This document shows, piece by piece, positions 30,660-41,264 of a stretch of DNA of 64,000 nucleotides (position 1 is its first letter; each line of letters starts with the position of its first letter). Origin of the DNA: Minisyncoccota bacterium. Its GTDB lineage: Bacteria; Patescibacteriota; Minisyncoccia; UBA6257; JAGOQP01. A program made the position numbers and the translations under genes. The stretch spans positions 186 through 64,185 of the forward strand of contig JBAYWE010000004.1 in NCBI GenBank assembly GCA_041674185.1. The letters are read 5' to 3'. Under the pieces are notes generated by a model. The model ran no database searches. It saw only the letters and a list, made by a program, of their open reading frames with translations, and had not been told where the DNA came from.

Positions 30660-32186
30660 TTACTTCCCCCTGTGTTTTGGCGTCACCCAAAAATCCAATC
30701 GCCATCTTCCTGAAATTGCGAGGCGTGTTTGCGCATCAATTGCGGGAAGTGCACCAAACACCGTCAGCGTAATCGGCATAAGCAACCATGAGATGAAATA
30801 ATAAAAATAGTGATACCATCGAAACCCTTGTGGTTTCGGAGGAAGTAAAAACAAACTCAATGCCGCGGTAGTCACAATACCAAATGATGCACCGGTAAGA
30901 ATCCACTGCGTTATGTTGGGTAAATTATATGCAAGTAAGGTAATGCGAAACCCTTGCCCCCCCATAAGGATTGGAAGCCACCCCAATGCAAAAATCATAA
31001 TGGAATTTGTCGCCCATGAATGAAATCCCTCTAAAATATTAAATTTCCAAAATAATTTTTGAAAAAAGGAAATCTTTTTATTTTCTTTAAAAGCAGAAAA
31101 AAGATACGCAATATTTTCTGATCCCCATGCCCAGCGACGTTGTTGTTTATATAAATTAAGCATAGTTCCCCAGAATGACTTTGCTAGATTTGCATCCATA
31201 GACACTGGATAGAATAAGGGAACGGTACGCCAATCACCATCATACCGCACCAAACATTGAAAAAAGACTCGAGAATCTTCAGATACAATATCTTTATGCC
31301 AGAATCCAATATCAATCAGTGCTTGATAGGGCATTGAGTGAGAAGAGAATGTGACGAGTTTTTCTGGCGTTGATTGCTGCATCAGATGCCAAAATGTTCC
31401 GGAGAATCCAATAATACGAGAGAGAGCGGGAACCTCAAATACATTGTTCAAGAAGAACGGTACGGGCTGATAACTTGAACGGAGCGGTTTTTCTGTGGTT
31501 AAAAATGTATAGGTGAGCACTCCGAAGTAATCGGGATAAATCTGAGTATCCACGTCAAATACCGAAGCGATAATATCAGTATAGGCGAGGGCACGAGGAT
31601 CTATAACTTGTTTTCTCATCTCTTCTGCCATCCATGACTCGTTTGAACTTTTCCCTGGTTTTTCTCCCGGAAGATTTGCGGGATGAGTAGTGATAATAAG
31701 CGCTCCAAATGAATCTTTGAACTCTTTATATATTTTCTCCCCCGTCTCTTGTGCCGATACCCCTGCTTTTTCTTCCAATCCAAGCGCTACTAAAAATTTA
31801 TCGTGGGAATAGTTTGATTGAGATAATCTATGAAATGTTTCCCGTACCACTTCGTATTCTTCGCTATACATAGGCAAAAGAATAACGTGATATATACCTT
31901 CCCATTTTTGCCGCGTTCTTTCTTCGAACTTTAGCTTTTCTAACCAATTTATAGCAAGATTTTTCTTTAGCTTCTTATAACTACTTTGTAGATATACCGC
32001 AAAATATACTGTCTTCAAAAACCAATACACGTCAAATAAAATGATAAAAATAGCAACCACTGCGGGAACAAGAAATGAAAGTCCCACCATTAAAACAAAT
32101 GTACCCCACACAAGAAGTGCGGGGACAATTTCCATCCATCGGTAATATCCAGATTCTTTATGTATCATATCAATAGTATGTACCAT
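30660..32186 (-). CDS. Membrane GT2-family (processive-type) glycosyltransferase
   Basis: DVD, SED and QQRRW (QxxRW) motifs flanked by TM helices. Confidence 0.85.
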   Translation of the reverse strand: MVHTIDMIHKESGYYRWMEIVPALLVWGTFVLMVGLSFLVPAVVAIFIILFDVYWFLKTVYFAVYLQSSYKKLKKNLAINWLEKLKFEERTRQKWEGIYHVILLPMYSEEYEVVRETFHRLSQSNYSHDKFLVALGLEEKAGVSAQETGEKIYKEFKDSFGALIITTHPANLPGEKPGKSSNESWMAEEMRKQVIDPRALAYTDIIASVFDVDTQIYPDYFGVLTYTFLTTEKPLRSSYQPVPFFLNNVFEVPALSRIIGFSGTFWHLMQQSTPEKLVTFSSHSMPYQALIDIGFWHKDIVSEDSRVFFQCLVRYDGDWRTVPLFYPVSMDANLAKSFWGTMLNLYKQQRRWAWGSENIAYLFSAFKENKKISFFQKLFWKFNILEGFHSWATNSIMIFALGWLPILMGGQGFRITLLAYNLPNITQWILTGASFGIVTTAALSLFLLPPKPQGFRWYHYFYYFISWLLMPITLTVFGALPAIDAQTRLAISGRWRLDFWVTPKHRGK

Positions 32187-32338
32187 CGTATGGCAGAACC
32201 ACCGTAAAAGTCAACTCAACAACCCATACTCACCCAATATAAAAATATGAAATTACGTATCCTTGTAATTCTTACGAAAAACACAGAGAATACCCATTCT
32301 CTGTGTTTTTTATACACCAGCCACCAATTCAAAGAAAA

Positions 32339-32875
32339 TTATATATGCTGTGTAGGAAGTGTTTGAATAGCGCGTGTTAATCTATACAACGAATATATCA
32401 GAAGACCGAAACTAACAAGACTTATAATAGTCCCCCCAATATATAGAAGCGTCATAGAGACCCCTCCTGCGATAATACCAAGAAGTGGAGCTATAAAAAT
32501 TCCTCCACACGCCCAACACCCCGCTCCTAATGCGCCCCCCACTAATGCAAGAACTCCCCGAATTCCAGATGTGGCGATAACTCGTATTGTTTTTGCATGA
32601 CGAAGATAATATATACTCAGAGAAACCATCACTCCCCATAGAAGAGATATTCCTATACTGGTTATACTCGCAACCCATCCTCCCACTGTGTACGTTCCCT
32701 GTAACAAGATATGAAGTACAGCAGGAATTGTTTGCACAACGTGAGAAGAAGTAAGAAGAGCTATAATTAAAGACGAATGGATAGAGAAAGAAATAATTCC
32801 ATATCCCACCAGAGCACCTCCTATGGTACAACCTATGTATAGTGGTCTTCGTAAGATCCTTATAACGCTCTTCAT
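32339..32875 (-). CDS. Multi-TM protein with CxxC, probable DsbA redox partner
   Basis: GCWACG within a hydrophobic region; directly downstream of the DsbA gene. Confidence 0.6.
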   Translation of the reverse strand: MKSVIRILRRPLYIGCTIGGALVGYGIISFSIHSSLIIALLTSSHVVQTIPAVLHILLQGTYTVGGWVASITSIGISLLWGVMVSLSIYYLRHAKTIRVIATSGIRGVLALVGGALGAGCWACGGIFIAPLLGIIAGGVSMTLLYIGGTIISLVSFGLLIYSLYRLTRAIQTLPTQHI

Positions 32876-32896
32876 ACAACAAATACTCTAACAAAA

Positions 32897-33691
32897 TTAA
32901 TTCTCTAGCAATGCACTATCAATAACAGAGCTTACTCCAGTTGCGTCCTGTGCTCCATTGATAACAAATGTTTTTCCATTTTGTGCAACAACGACGCTAT
33001 GAGGTGTTCCTTGTACACCAATTTTAACAGCATCTTGTTGTTGTTTTTGAATTTTCTGTGCAAAATCATTCTTTGCCACACAAGCAGAAAAATCTTTTAC
33101 ATTTAATCCAACAAATGATGCAATATTTGGTAATTCTTTTGCATCAAGTCCGTCGTTAGAAGTCGTTATGGTATATACTCGATTTACAAATTTCCAAAAT
33201 GCTTCATTCCCTCCCAATTTTCCTGCACACTCTAAAGCTTGTGCTTCAGGAAGAGCTTTTTTGTGAATATTGGTAAGGGGAAAATGTCTAAAGACAACGG
33301 CAAGTTTCTTATCTTTTCCATAGGTACTCATAACCGTGTTCAGTGTTTCATCAAATTTCTTACAAAAAGGACATTCTAAATCTGTAAACAAAACCAATTT
33401 TACAGGAGCCTGAGGATCTCCCCATACATAATCGTCTGATTGTATAGAAAGAATCTCTTGTGTTTCTGCCTCACTTGCTGTTCCTCCAGTTGGTGCGGGC
33501 GCAACAGCTCCATTCGCATCTCCTCCTGTATTTACAATGGGTTGAATAATACTTCCTGCATACAAAACACAAACCCCCACGATAATTGCTCCCAAAATAA
33601 TAGAAGCACTTACCATAAGTGTATTTTTGTTCTGTACCTTTTCAAATGAGCGTTCTGCTCTCATTACATCGTGTTGTGTGTGTTGATCCAT
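32897..33691 (-). CDS. DsbA/thioredoxin-fold oxidoreductase
   Basis: DLECPFCKKF, RHFPL and GVQGTP (cis-Pro). Confidence 0.92.
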   Translation of the reverse strand: MDQHTQHDVMRAERSFEKVQNKNTLMVSASIILGAIIVGVCVLYAGSIIQPIVNTGGDANGAVAPAPTGGTASEAETQEILSIQSDDYVWGDPQAPVKLVLFTDLECPFCKKFDETLNTVMSTYGKDKKLAVVFRHFPLTNIHKKALPEAQALECAGKLGGNEAFWKFVNRVYTITTSNDGLDAKELPNIASFVGLNVKDFSACVAKNDFAQKIQKQQQDAVKIGVQGTPHSVVVAQNGKTFVINGAQDATGVSSVIDSALLEN

Positions 33692-33789
33692 AAATTAAAT
33701 GATTACTTATGAGTGTTTATAATAGCACACCTAATTTTTTTTTGATACGCAAACACTCTTGTGCGAAGAGTGTTTGTTTTAGTGATGTA

Positions 33790-34449
33790 TTAATTTTGGG
33801 AAACCTGAATTGTTTCTCTGGGACTAGAATCAAGTTTTTTTAATAATTGTTTATATATAAACAGGGTGGCCATAAATACGACAGCCCCCGCAGGAATAGA
33901 ACCAACACCAAATATAATAAAACCAATCATGTATACCACCATACTAACAATCCAAAATGAAAACAGTTTCCATTTATTTCCATCGGTAAGACGAGCACTT
34001 GTCTGTAAAGCTTCTTTTGCATTCATCTGTTTATCAATAACCAACCACGAACAAAACTGATATTTAATCGTCCACACAAATCCAGGAATAATCAGAAGAA
34101 TAAATCCCCCCATCATAATGAGTATGTATACTATCATCGTCCATAGATAGGACCCCATTCTATTTCCTTTTAATACAAATAATTCTTTCAATGAAGTTGG
34201 TTCTTCACGATGTAGTTTGAGTGCGATACGCATTGCACCCATAATAAGAAAGATTTGTATTATAATTGTTCCTCCGTCCACAAGAGTAGCAATCCACGAA
34301 AGATCTTGATTAGTAAGATGTTGAGAAAGCAGGGAAAGCACAAAACCTAAACCAAATATTAATGCAAAAACTTCCAACAACAACCATGTATTTTTTTTAA
34401 GCATATCCCATCCGTATGAAAATGCCTCTCGTATAGAAAATGTAATCAT
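33790..34449 (-). CDS. Integral membrane protein (DUF975-like)
   Basis: LLIIPGFVW.IKY.F and ALQTSARLTDGNKWKLF. Confidence 0.7.
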   Translation of the reverse strand: MITFSIREAFSYGWDMLKKNTWLLLEVFALIFGLGFVLSLLSQHLTNQDLSWIATLVDGGTIIIQIFLIMGAMRIALKLHREEPTSLKELFVLKGNRMGSYLWTMIVYILIMMGGFILLIIPGFVWTIKYQFCSWLVIDKQMNAKEALQTSARLTDGNKWKLFSFWIVSMVVYMIGFIIFGVGSIPAGAVVFMATLFIYKQLLKKLDSSPRETIQVSQN

Positions 34450-34556
34450 ATCTTATAGTATATAAGAAAACACACCACAGTAAAAGTATTCCCAGAGAAT
34501 AACTATCCCCACCCGAGCACTTCCCATATCATATTTAAAATTCTATTATAAGTACC

Positions 34557-35486
34557 ATGATTAATAATATTTTTATTTTTGTCGTCGCTTTGTTCTTTGT
34601 ATTGCGAGGAGCAACACTCGCTACAAAATATGCCGCAAAACTTGCAGAAAGCTATCACTTATCAAAATATACCGTTGGTTTTATTATTATAGCTATTATA
34701 TCAATTCTTCCTGAAACTCTTATCTCACTTAACTCAGCTCTCGAAGGAATGCCCTCTTTTGGACTCGGTATGCTTTTTGGTTCAAATATCGCTGATCTCA
34801 CCCTTATTTTTGCCATCATTACATTTTTTGCGGGAAGAGATTTAAAAATTGAAAGTAAAATTTTAAAAAATCAAACCATATACCCTTTTCTTCTTATCAT
34901 ACCCCTTATTCTTGGTCTCGATGGAAAGTTTTCTCGCATCGAAGGAATTGCACTTATTATCGCGGGAGGAGTCTTTTATTATATGGCTCTCAAAAGAGAT
35001 CACAGTGACGTCGTTGCAGAACATACACATAATGGAAGGTTTAAAAATTTCTCTATGCTTATTTTGAGTATGGTACTTATGCTTATTGGATCACATTTTA
35101 CCGTTACATCCGCAACAGACCTTGCTCATACATTAGGAATAAATCCCATACTCATTGGTATGCTTGTGGTGGGATTAGGAACAACAATACCAGAATTATT
35201 TTTCTCAATGAAATCAGTCAAAGCAAAAGATGACTCTCTGGCTATTGGAGATGTACTGGGGACGGTACTTGCAGATGCAACCATTGTGGTAGGACTTCTT
35301 GCGTTAGTGAACCCATTTTCATTTCCACAAAAAATTATTTACATCACGGGTATTTTCATGGTTGCGGCATCGTTGATACTATTTCATTTTATGCGCTCAG
35401 GAAAAAATATCTCCAAACGAGAGGCGTATATACTTCTTATGTTCTGGGTTGTTTTTGTATTAGTAGAGTTTATTGCAAATAGTTAG
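34557..35486 (+). CDS. Na+/Ca2+ exchanger family antiporter (YrbG-like)
   Basis: Two alpha repeats: SILPE...GSNIA and GTTIPE...GDVLG. Confidence 0.88.
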   Translation: MINNIFIFVVALFFVLRGATLATKYAAKLAESYHLSKYTVGFIIIAIISILPETLISLNSALEGMPSFGLGMLFGSNIADLTLIFAIITFFAGRDLKIESKILKNQTIYPFLLIIPLILGLDGKFSRIEGIALIIAGGVFYYMALKRDHSDVVAEHTHNGRFKNFSMLILSMVLMLIGSHFTVTSATDLAHTLGINPILIGMLVVGLGTTIPELFFSMKSVKAKDDSLAIGDVLGTVLADATIVVGLLALVNPFSFPQKIIYITGIFMVAASLILFHFMRSGKNISKREAYILLMFWVVFVLVEFIANS

Positions 35487-35514
35487 ACTCTAAACGCAAA
35501 CATTAAATCCTAAT

Positions 35515-35719
35515 CCACCGGGAATTTCACATCGCACTTCGTGCTCTTTAGAAACCCTGCCTACCGGTAGGCAGGCCTCGGTTTCTAACATCCTTCGAAT
35601 TGTTTTCCTACACGGGGAACTACAAGTTCCCCGACCCCCTCCGATTCAAATCCCGCGCGAGATCTTTCATCATATAAAATAAAAATATCCCTACTAGCGT
35701 AAGGATATTTTTATTTGTG
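35515..35719 (-). repeat. tRNA-Glu-linked structured element
   Basis: Hairpin 35677-35716; antisense tRNA 3' end 35643-35664; internal hairpins; residual direct copy TCCCGGTGG at 35515-35523. Confidence 0.7.
35556..35575. repeat. 20-bp palindromic insertion, copy 2 (perfect palindrome CCTGCCTACCGGTAGGCAGG)
   Basis: Removing it restores the hairpin TTAGAAACC-CTC-GGTTTCTAA. Confidence 0.9.
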
Positions 35720-35793
35720 TGACCCCACCGGGATTTGAACCCGGGTTACAGGAATGAAAATCCTGTGTCCTGACCAGGCTAGACGATAGGGCC
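35720..35793 (-). tRNA. tRNA-Glu (anticodon TTC)
   Basis: Acceptor GGCCCTA/TGGGGTC, anticodon arm CAGGA-TTTTCAT-TCCTG, T arm CCGGG-TTCAAAT-CCCGG. Confidence 0.94.
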
Positions 35794-36080
35794 ATCAAAA
35801 TTTTCTTTCGAAAATTTAATTTCAAATAACTCATTTCCAATTTCTCATGCAAAATTCTTTAGAGGCGCTAAAAAGATCATTGCTGATCTGAGTGAGCAAC
35901 TAAATAATAACAGTAAGGTTGTAACTTCTATCTCCATCCACACAATTGAATGGCGTGGATTACTCCACGCCATTATTTAAGCAAAAAAAGTTGTAACAAT
36001 CAAGCACGAAAGAGAGATGGGGAGTAAATAGTTATTGTTTACGAGTTAGTAATTCACAACGCACACTTCAGTACCCACCG

Positions 36081-36302
36081 TTATTTTTCAACATGCACCT
36101 GCGAAGGTTTCGGCACAATAAATAATGCAACAATATAAGCAACAACGAATGGTAAAACACCAGTCGCAAATGCAACAAATACAAATAAGACACGAATCAC
36201 CACAGGATCAATATCAAAATATTCTCCAATTCCCCCGAGTATCCCTGCAATTACTTTATTTTCTTTTGAACGATATAATTTTTTCATAGTAGTATATTCC
36301 AT
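36081..36302 (-). CDS. PspC domain protein
   Basis: KKLYRS.ENKVIAGILGGIGEYFDIDP. Start may be 36287. Confidence 0.9.
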   Translation of the reverse strand: MEYTTMKKLYRSKENKVIAGILGGIGEYFDIDPVVIRVLFVFVAFATGVLPFVVAYIVALFIVPKPSQVHVEK

Positions 36303-36365
36303 AAAATATACCCCCTATTATATAAAAAATAAAGGGTTGCGTGTATACATCGCAACCCCCCACCC

Positions 36366-36866
36366 CTATTTTTCTCGAATTCTAAATTCAAAATCAATCC
36401 AAGAAATAAGGGATTCTGAAAATTTTTGACGAAGAATAAACATCCTCTTATCCCCCTGTCGAATTTCAACATCCCATATAATGTCGTTCAATCTATATGA
36501 TGTCTTAAATTTTTTAAAGGGTATCTTAAATTCCGGAGACATAAGAGCCGCATTCACAGTCGACAAAGCAAAATCTCCTGTCATAATTTCAGTTTTGTTA
36601 TTTTGAGGATAACAAAACCGATTAATCTTTGAAAAGTTAATGACTTTCTTCTCTCTTTGCTCATAGAGAAATTGAGCACAATATCCAGAGACGGTACACT
36701 GTTCCAATATATGTAATTGAGAAAGCATCTCAGGATTAATTCTTTGACTTTCTGTTTGAGGACCATATTCTAAACGATCCCGTTCATTTCTCTTTTCTAT
36801 GAACTCATGAAACTTTTCTTGGACGGTTTTTTCAGGGACCGGACCTTTTTTGATATCTGCAACCAT
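36366..36866 (-). CDS. Hypothetical protein
   Basis: SD GAGG before ATG 36866; no motif recognised. Confidence 0.55.
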   Translation of the reverse strand: MVADIKKGPVPEKTVQEKFHEFIEKRNERDRLEYGPQTESQRINPEMLSQLHILEQCTVSGYCAQFLYEQREKKVINFSKINRFCYPQNNKTEIMTGDFALSTVNAALMSPEFKIPFKKFKTSYRLNDIIWDVEIRQGDKRMFILRQKFSESLISWIDFEFRIREK

Positions 36867-36966
36867 TTCTTTCCTCGTCTTGTGTATAAATAATATATTA
36901 ATTTTCTGGACATACAATACAAACAAAAAATGCTTTGGTCAAGCATTTTTTGTTTGTATGATTATG

Positions 36967-37049
36967 TGCTCGGAGTGGGACTCGAACCCACATGACCTTG
37001 CGATCACAACATTTTAAGTGTTGCGCGTATACCATTCCGCCATCCGAGC
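36967..37049 (-). tRNA. tRNA-Leu (anticodon TAA)
   Basis: Acceptor GCTCGGA/TCCGAGC, anticodon arm CAACA-CTTAAAA-TGTTG, long variable arm, A73. Confidence 0.94.
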
Positions 37050-37148
37050 TACGTTTTGTATTCAAGCATTATTTAATTATATTTTCAACTCCCGCGCTAC
37101 ACATTCTCACATTCTCAAGAGTGCGAAAATGTTCTTTTGTTATTTTTG

Positions 37149-37220
37149 AGGCCACGGGCGGAGTTGAACCGCCGCATAGAGATTTTGCAGATCTCTGCCT
37201 TACCGCTTGGCTACGTGGCC
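37149..37220 (-). tRNA. tRNA-Cys (anticodon GCA)
   Basis: Acceptor GGCCACG/CGTGGCC, anticodon arm GAGAT-CTGCAAA-ATCTC, U73. Confidence 0.94.
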
Positions 37221-37269
37221 ACATATTTCTTTCTTAAAATTTCTTTTTGTTACCCTGTCAGAAATAATA

Positions 37270-37545
37270 CTACACAAAAACCAAAAACGGAATCTTTTTC
37301 ACCTTCATTTTCTTGAGTAACATAAACGCAAGGCCTCCTGCTCGTCTATTCAATCCCCCTAAAACCGCTTCTCGTTTCTCATCGGGAAATACCGCAACAG
37401 AAACAAGCGCTTGATCGTTTTCTAAATCAATATGTATATTGGTAATGGTAATCAAGGTATCGGCGTCTTCGATGGTCCGCACAATTTCTTCCGAAAGAAC
37501 CTGCTCCATAACACTTTCCATGCGTCTTGTTCTATAGAGTGTCAT
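37270..37545 (-). CDS. rbfA: Ribosome-binding factor A
   Basis: Directly after infB; R..R, LITIT.I and KKIPFL.F pattern. Confidence 0.8.
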   Translation of the reverse strand: MTLYRTRRMESVMEQVLSEEIVRTIEDADTLITITNIHIDLENDQALVSVAVFPDEKREAVLGGLNRRAGGLAFMLLKKMKVKKIPFLVFV

Positions 37546-37547
37546 AC

Positions 37548-39014
37548 TTATTCTTCAAATTCTACAATGAGATGATCTCCCACCTCTAATGCAACAGGTG
37601 TTTCTACCATTAACCCACACTCTCCTTCTTCTACCCGTTTTGCATCCATTTTATTACGTTGCAAATTAGTAATACGTCCTCGTCCTAATGGCACATCGGC
37701 ACGAGATACTATAAATTTATCTTGTAATAAGAGTCGTCCTTCAGTTACTTTTCCTCCAATAACCCACTTTTTATTTTTATTACTAAACACCGCAAGAATT
37801 TCTAAAATACCCGCAACCGGTTTTTCATTTGCATGTTCATCCATCTCTTCTAACTTCTCAATAAGTCGGTAAATAATATCTGATGATACAATTTTGACGT
37901 GCTGCCCGATAGCAAGGTTTTCAGCGGGTTTCGCCACCCTTACATTAAAAGCGATAATAGTTGCATGAGTGGTACTCGCTAATTTTACATCTCCATCGGT
38001 TACATCTCCAACCGCTTGCGATACAATATGAATTTTAAAATTCTTGAGTGGCAACGCACTCAATACCTGAGCTAATGCCTCAAGAGATCCACAGACATCT
38101 GCTTTCAAAATAATTTTCACTGAACCTTCTTCTGGAGGAAGTACCTGTGTCTCTTCCTTTTCTGGAACGAGGACATCATTGTTATCTGTGGTTTTTAATG
38201 GTGAACCAATAATAAATTCCTCTCCTGTTTCAGGAAGTGTTTCAAATCCAATAATACGCGCGGGACTTGAGGGTTGTAACATCTGCGCACGCGTTCCTAG
38301 AAATGTTTCGAGTGTACGCACTTTTCCACACGCTGTTTTGGTACAAATATTTTCTCCCACCCGGACGGTTCCATCTTTAATAATAACCGACACTACAATT
38401 CCCTGTTGACCACTTCTATGTGCTTCTAATATATATCCTCGTCCTGCAGATGCGAGATCACAGGTAACCGATTCCATTTCCCACATGAGTAAGAGGTGGT
38501 CAAGTAATTCATCAATACCCGTTCCTTGTTTTGCAGAAATCTCAACCCACGCAATATCTCCTCCGTATTTTTCAAGGAGAACACTATTTCCCATTAACGA
38601 TTGCCGCGTTCGTTCTGGATCAGCGTTATTTTTATCAATTTTATTGATAGCCACCACAAACGGTGTACCACACTTTTTAAGAATATCAATTGCTTCTTTT
38701 GTTTGTGGTTTTACCCCATCATCAGCGGCAACAACGAGCACAGCCAAGTCAGCAATATCGGCACCACGCTGACGCATACACGTAAATGCTTGGTGTCCTG
38801 GTGTATCGATAAAAGTCATTTTTTGCTCTTTCCATACAATCTCATATGCTCCTGTTGCTTGAGTAATACCCCCCGCTTCACGCTCTGCAACGCGAGTCTT
38901 GCGTATATAGTCTAAAAGTGTTGTTTTACCATGATCAACATGACCCATAATGACCACCACGGGAGGACGGGTTACCTGTTCAGAAGCCTGATTTTGTGCG
39001 GTCGTTTTTGACAT
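37548..39014 (-). CDS. infB: Translation initiation factor IF-2 (no N-terminal domain)
   Basis: RPPVVVIMGHVDHGKTTLLD, DTPGH, NKID and LKADVCGSLEAL. Confidence 0.95.
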   Translation of the reverse strand: MSKTTAQNQASEQVTRPPVVVIMGHVDHGKTTLLDYIRKTRVAEREAGGITQATGAYEIVWKEQKMTFIDTPGHQAFTCMRQRGADIADLAVLVVAADDGVKPQTKEAIDILKKCGTPFVVAINKIDKNNADPERTRQSLMGNSVLLEKYGGDIAWVEISAKQGTGIDELLDHLLLMWEMESVTCDLASAGRGYILEAHRSGQQGIVVSVIIKDGTVRVGENICTKTACGKVRTLETFLGTRAQMLQPSSPARIIGFETLPETGEEFIIGSPLKTTDNNDVLVPEKEETQVLPPEEGSVKIILKADVCGSLEALAQVLSALPLKNFKIHIVSQAVGDVTDGDVKLASTTHATIIAFNVRVAKPAENLAIGQHVKIVSSDIIYRLIEKLEEMDEHANEKPVAGILEILAVFSNKNKKWVIGGKVTEGRLLLQDKFIVSRADVPLGRGRITNLQRNKMDAKRVEEGECGLMVETPVALEVGDHLIVEFEE

Positions 39015-39114
39015 GGATTATATAATATCAGAAAATACAAAAAGAGCAAGTTTTATCAAGCTCAATCGCACAATGTTCATGCATGTACATATACCTCAAA
39101 CAGAGCATTCTCTG

Positions 39115-40191
39115 TTACATGTATTTATCCAATTCTTTTTTTGCCTTCTTAATAAATTTTCCAAATTGTTTGTCTTTTCCTCTTTTTTCAAGTTCGGTCA
39201 TCTCATAATAATCCGCCTCTTTTTTCAGGTTTACATAATTTTTATATCTATCTTCATCGAGATCACCAGACTTCACCGCAGAGAGAACCGCACACCCCGG
39301 TTCATGAATGTGTTCACAATCTACATATTTACACGCTCGAGATATATTCGTTATCTCCTCAAACAAATCAGCAACCCCCGCCTGACTATCAGCCATACCC
39401 ACTTCTCGCATTCCGGGATTATCTATTACAATACCGCCACTTTCTAAAAAATACATTTCTCTATGGGTGGTCGCGTGTTTCCCTCTCCCTGTACCCAATC
39501 CGATATCTTCAGTTTTTATAATACGCGCTCCGAGTAAGGCGTTAATAAGAGAAGACTTTCCCACTCCTGATGAACCGAGGAAGCAATATGTCTTTCCCTT
39601 GGTTATATATTTTTTTAATTCATTTAATCCCACCCCTGTGGCAGTACTCGTGACAACAACTCCAATATCAACAAATCTTTTTTTCAATTCATTTACCTTC
39701 GCCGCTAATTCTTCTGATGAAATGGTATCGATTTTATTTAATATCACCACCGGTTGTATGCCTCCCTCATGAGCTATAGCAAAATATCTTTCAAAACGAT
39801 TGAGATTATAATCTCTCCCCACCGATTCAACAATAAACGCTACATCAACATTCGTGGCGATAATTTGTATCTCATTTTTATTATTATATTTTCTTTTTAC
39901 AACGGTTCTTCTGGGTAAAATAGCGTGAATAACTCCCTGTTCTGTATTTAATTCGGTAATAGCAACCCAGTCCCCCACTGCAGGATAATCTTCCCGCGCA
40001 GTAGCCTCAAACATTTGTTTTCCCGTTACTTTTCCAAGGTACTCTCCATTCGTGTTTTTAACTTTGTACACTCCTTTATATTCAACAATAACACGCGCAA
40101 CGGAAAATGCGTCTAATTTTAATTTCTTGCGATGAGATTCGAAAAATGAATCGTAGCCTAAGTCTTCAATTTTTTTGAATGTGGGGGTCAT
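39115..40191 (-). CDS. rsgA: Ribosome small subunit-dependent GTPase A
   Basis: PAVGDWV, NKID, GSSGVGKS, GKHATT, DNPG and the zinc site C..DC.H.HEPGC. Confidence 0.94.
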   Translation of the reverse strand: MTPTFKKIEDLGYDSFFESHRKKLKLDAFSVARVIVEYKGVYKVKNTNGEYLGKVTGKQMFEATAREDYPAVGDWVAITELNTEQGVIHAILPRRTVVKRKYNNKNEIQIIATNVDVAFIVESVGRDYNLNRFERYFAIAHEGGIQPVVILNKIDTISSEELAAKVNELKKRFVDIGVVVTSTATGVGLNELKKYITKGKTYCFLGSSGVGKSSLINALLGARIIKTEDIGLGTGRGKHATTHREMYFLESGGIVIDNPGMREVGMADSQAGVADLFEEITNISRACKYVDCEHIHEPGCAVLSAVKSGDLDEDRYKNYVNLKKEADYYEMTELEKRGKDKQFGKFIKKAKKELDKYM

Positions 40192-40212
40192 GATAGCTCG
40201 GATTTATGAGGA

Positions 40213-40245
40213 TATTTTAGCACTGTCGTGAGGTGGTTGGGAATG
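40213..40245. repeat. 33-bp direct repeat (second copy 42661-42693) containing an extended -10 box
   Basis: 31 of 33 bases identical; the minus strand reads ...TGCTAAAATA just upstream of rsgA and of the PPase-like gene. Confidence 0.8.
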
Positions 40246-40272
40246 AACTCAGAATGCTGATGGGTTTTATTA

Positions 40273-41094
40273 TCAGTTAATAAAACATGGCGTAGCGGAA
40301 TATGTTGTTTTTTTACTCACCAGAAATAGGCTCCCATTATAACATTTATTTTGGGCTGAATTGATTTCACCGGACACTACAATATATGCCTTCCCACCAT
40401 CTCCGGATTCTGCACTTCTTAAACTTCCATCTGGGGTTTTAGTATATTTACCATCCCAAAAATAGAAGAAATCTTTGCTGGTAACTGCTGCTTTCGTACC
40501 ATTCAGGTTATATTCATCTATAAAAAAATTTAAAGCATCCTTTTCACTCTTGAAAGAAAAAGAATCATGAAGATTAATCGTTGATATTCCCATGCGTCCA
40601 ATTGTTTCGAGGCTATTTTCAAGAGGAATATTATTTGGTGAAATGGTAGGTGGAACACCAAGGGTCACGGCGTCTATCCTTTGTACCGACAACCAATCTT
40701 TTTTAATTATATATTTTACCGACAACTCACAGGTATTACCCACCGGCTCTAGGGATAAGGAACTTATTGTAATGTAAAGGTTAAATTGCGAATCCGAAAG
40801 TTTGTTCTCTGCTTGGAATGTTTTTTTCCAACCGCTGAGGTATGCCTCCGCGCTGTAGCTGATCAGATTGCTACAATTGTTGCGTAATGAAGGGTTTTGG
40901 GTTGTAGGCTCATTAGGAACGGGTGACGGATTTTTCACCGGAGGTGTTGATGATGAAGACGCGGGCGGTGTTGGTGTGGGAGTCGGTATCAACGGCGAAG
41001 CACTGCGCTGGATTATAGTAAAATATCCCACTATCCCAAGAACAATAACCACTCCGACCATAAGCACAATATTAAGAGATCCCTTTTTATTCAT
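40273..41094 (-). CDS. Membrane-anchored hypothetical protein with Pro/Thr linker
   Basis: MNKKGS plus a TM helix, PTPTPP linker and Cys-containing ectodomain. Confidence 0.7.
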   Translation of the reverse strand: MNKKGSLNIVLMVGVVIVLGIVGYFTIIQRSASPLIPTPTPTPPASSSSTPPVKNPSPVPNEPTTQNPSLRNNCSNLISYSAEAYLSGWKKTFQAENKLSDSQFNLYITISSLSLEPVGNTCELSVKYIIKKDWLSVQRIDAVTLGVPPTISPNNIPLENSLETIGRMGISTINLHDSFSFKSEKDALNFFIDEYNLNGTKAAVTSKDFFYFWDGKYTKTPDGSLRSAESGDGGKAYIVVSGEINSAQNKCYNGSLFLVSKKTTYSATPCFIN

Positions 41095-41264
41095 AGTAAT
41101 GTTTTAATATATGTATTTTAGCACCGATTGATATAACTCACCAACACACACATCACTGAAAAAATACTTACATATGAAAAATAGAAACATTGACCTAAAA
41201 CACATTTTATGCTAACGTATAATCAGTGCTTTTAATTTTCTAACTAAATCTGTAGGAGGTTCCA

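Noticed and set aside
32412-32894. 160-aa alternative-frame ORF and the many 60-140 aa antisense ORFs in the track
   Set aside because: They overlap better-supported genes and have no recognisable motifs.
37548-39014. Truncated IF2 (and short ProRS at 13856-15106) as pseudogenes or novelties
   Set aside because: All catalytic motifs are intact, and such compact forms are expected in reduced genomes.
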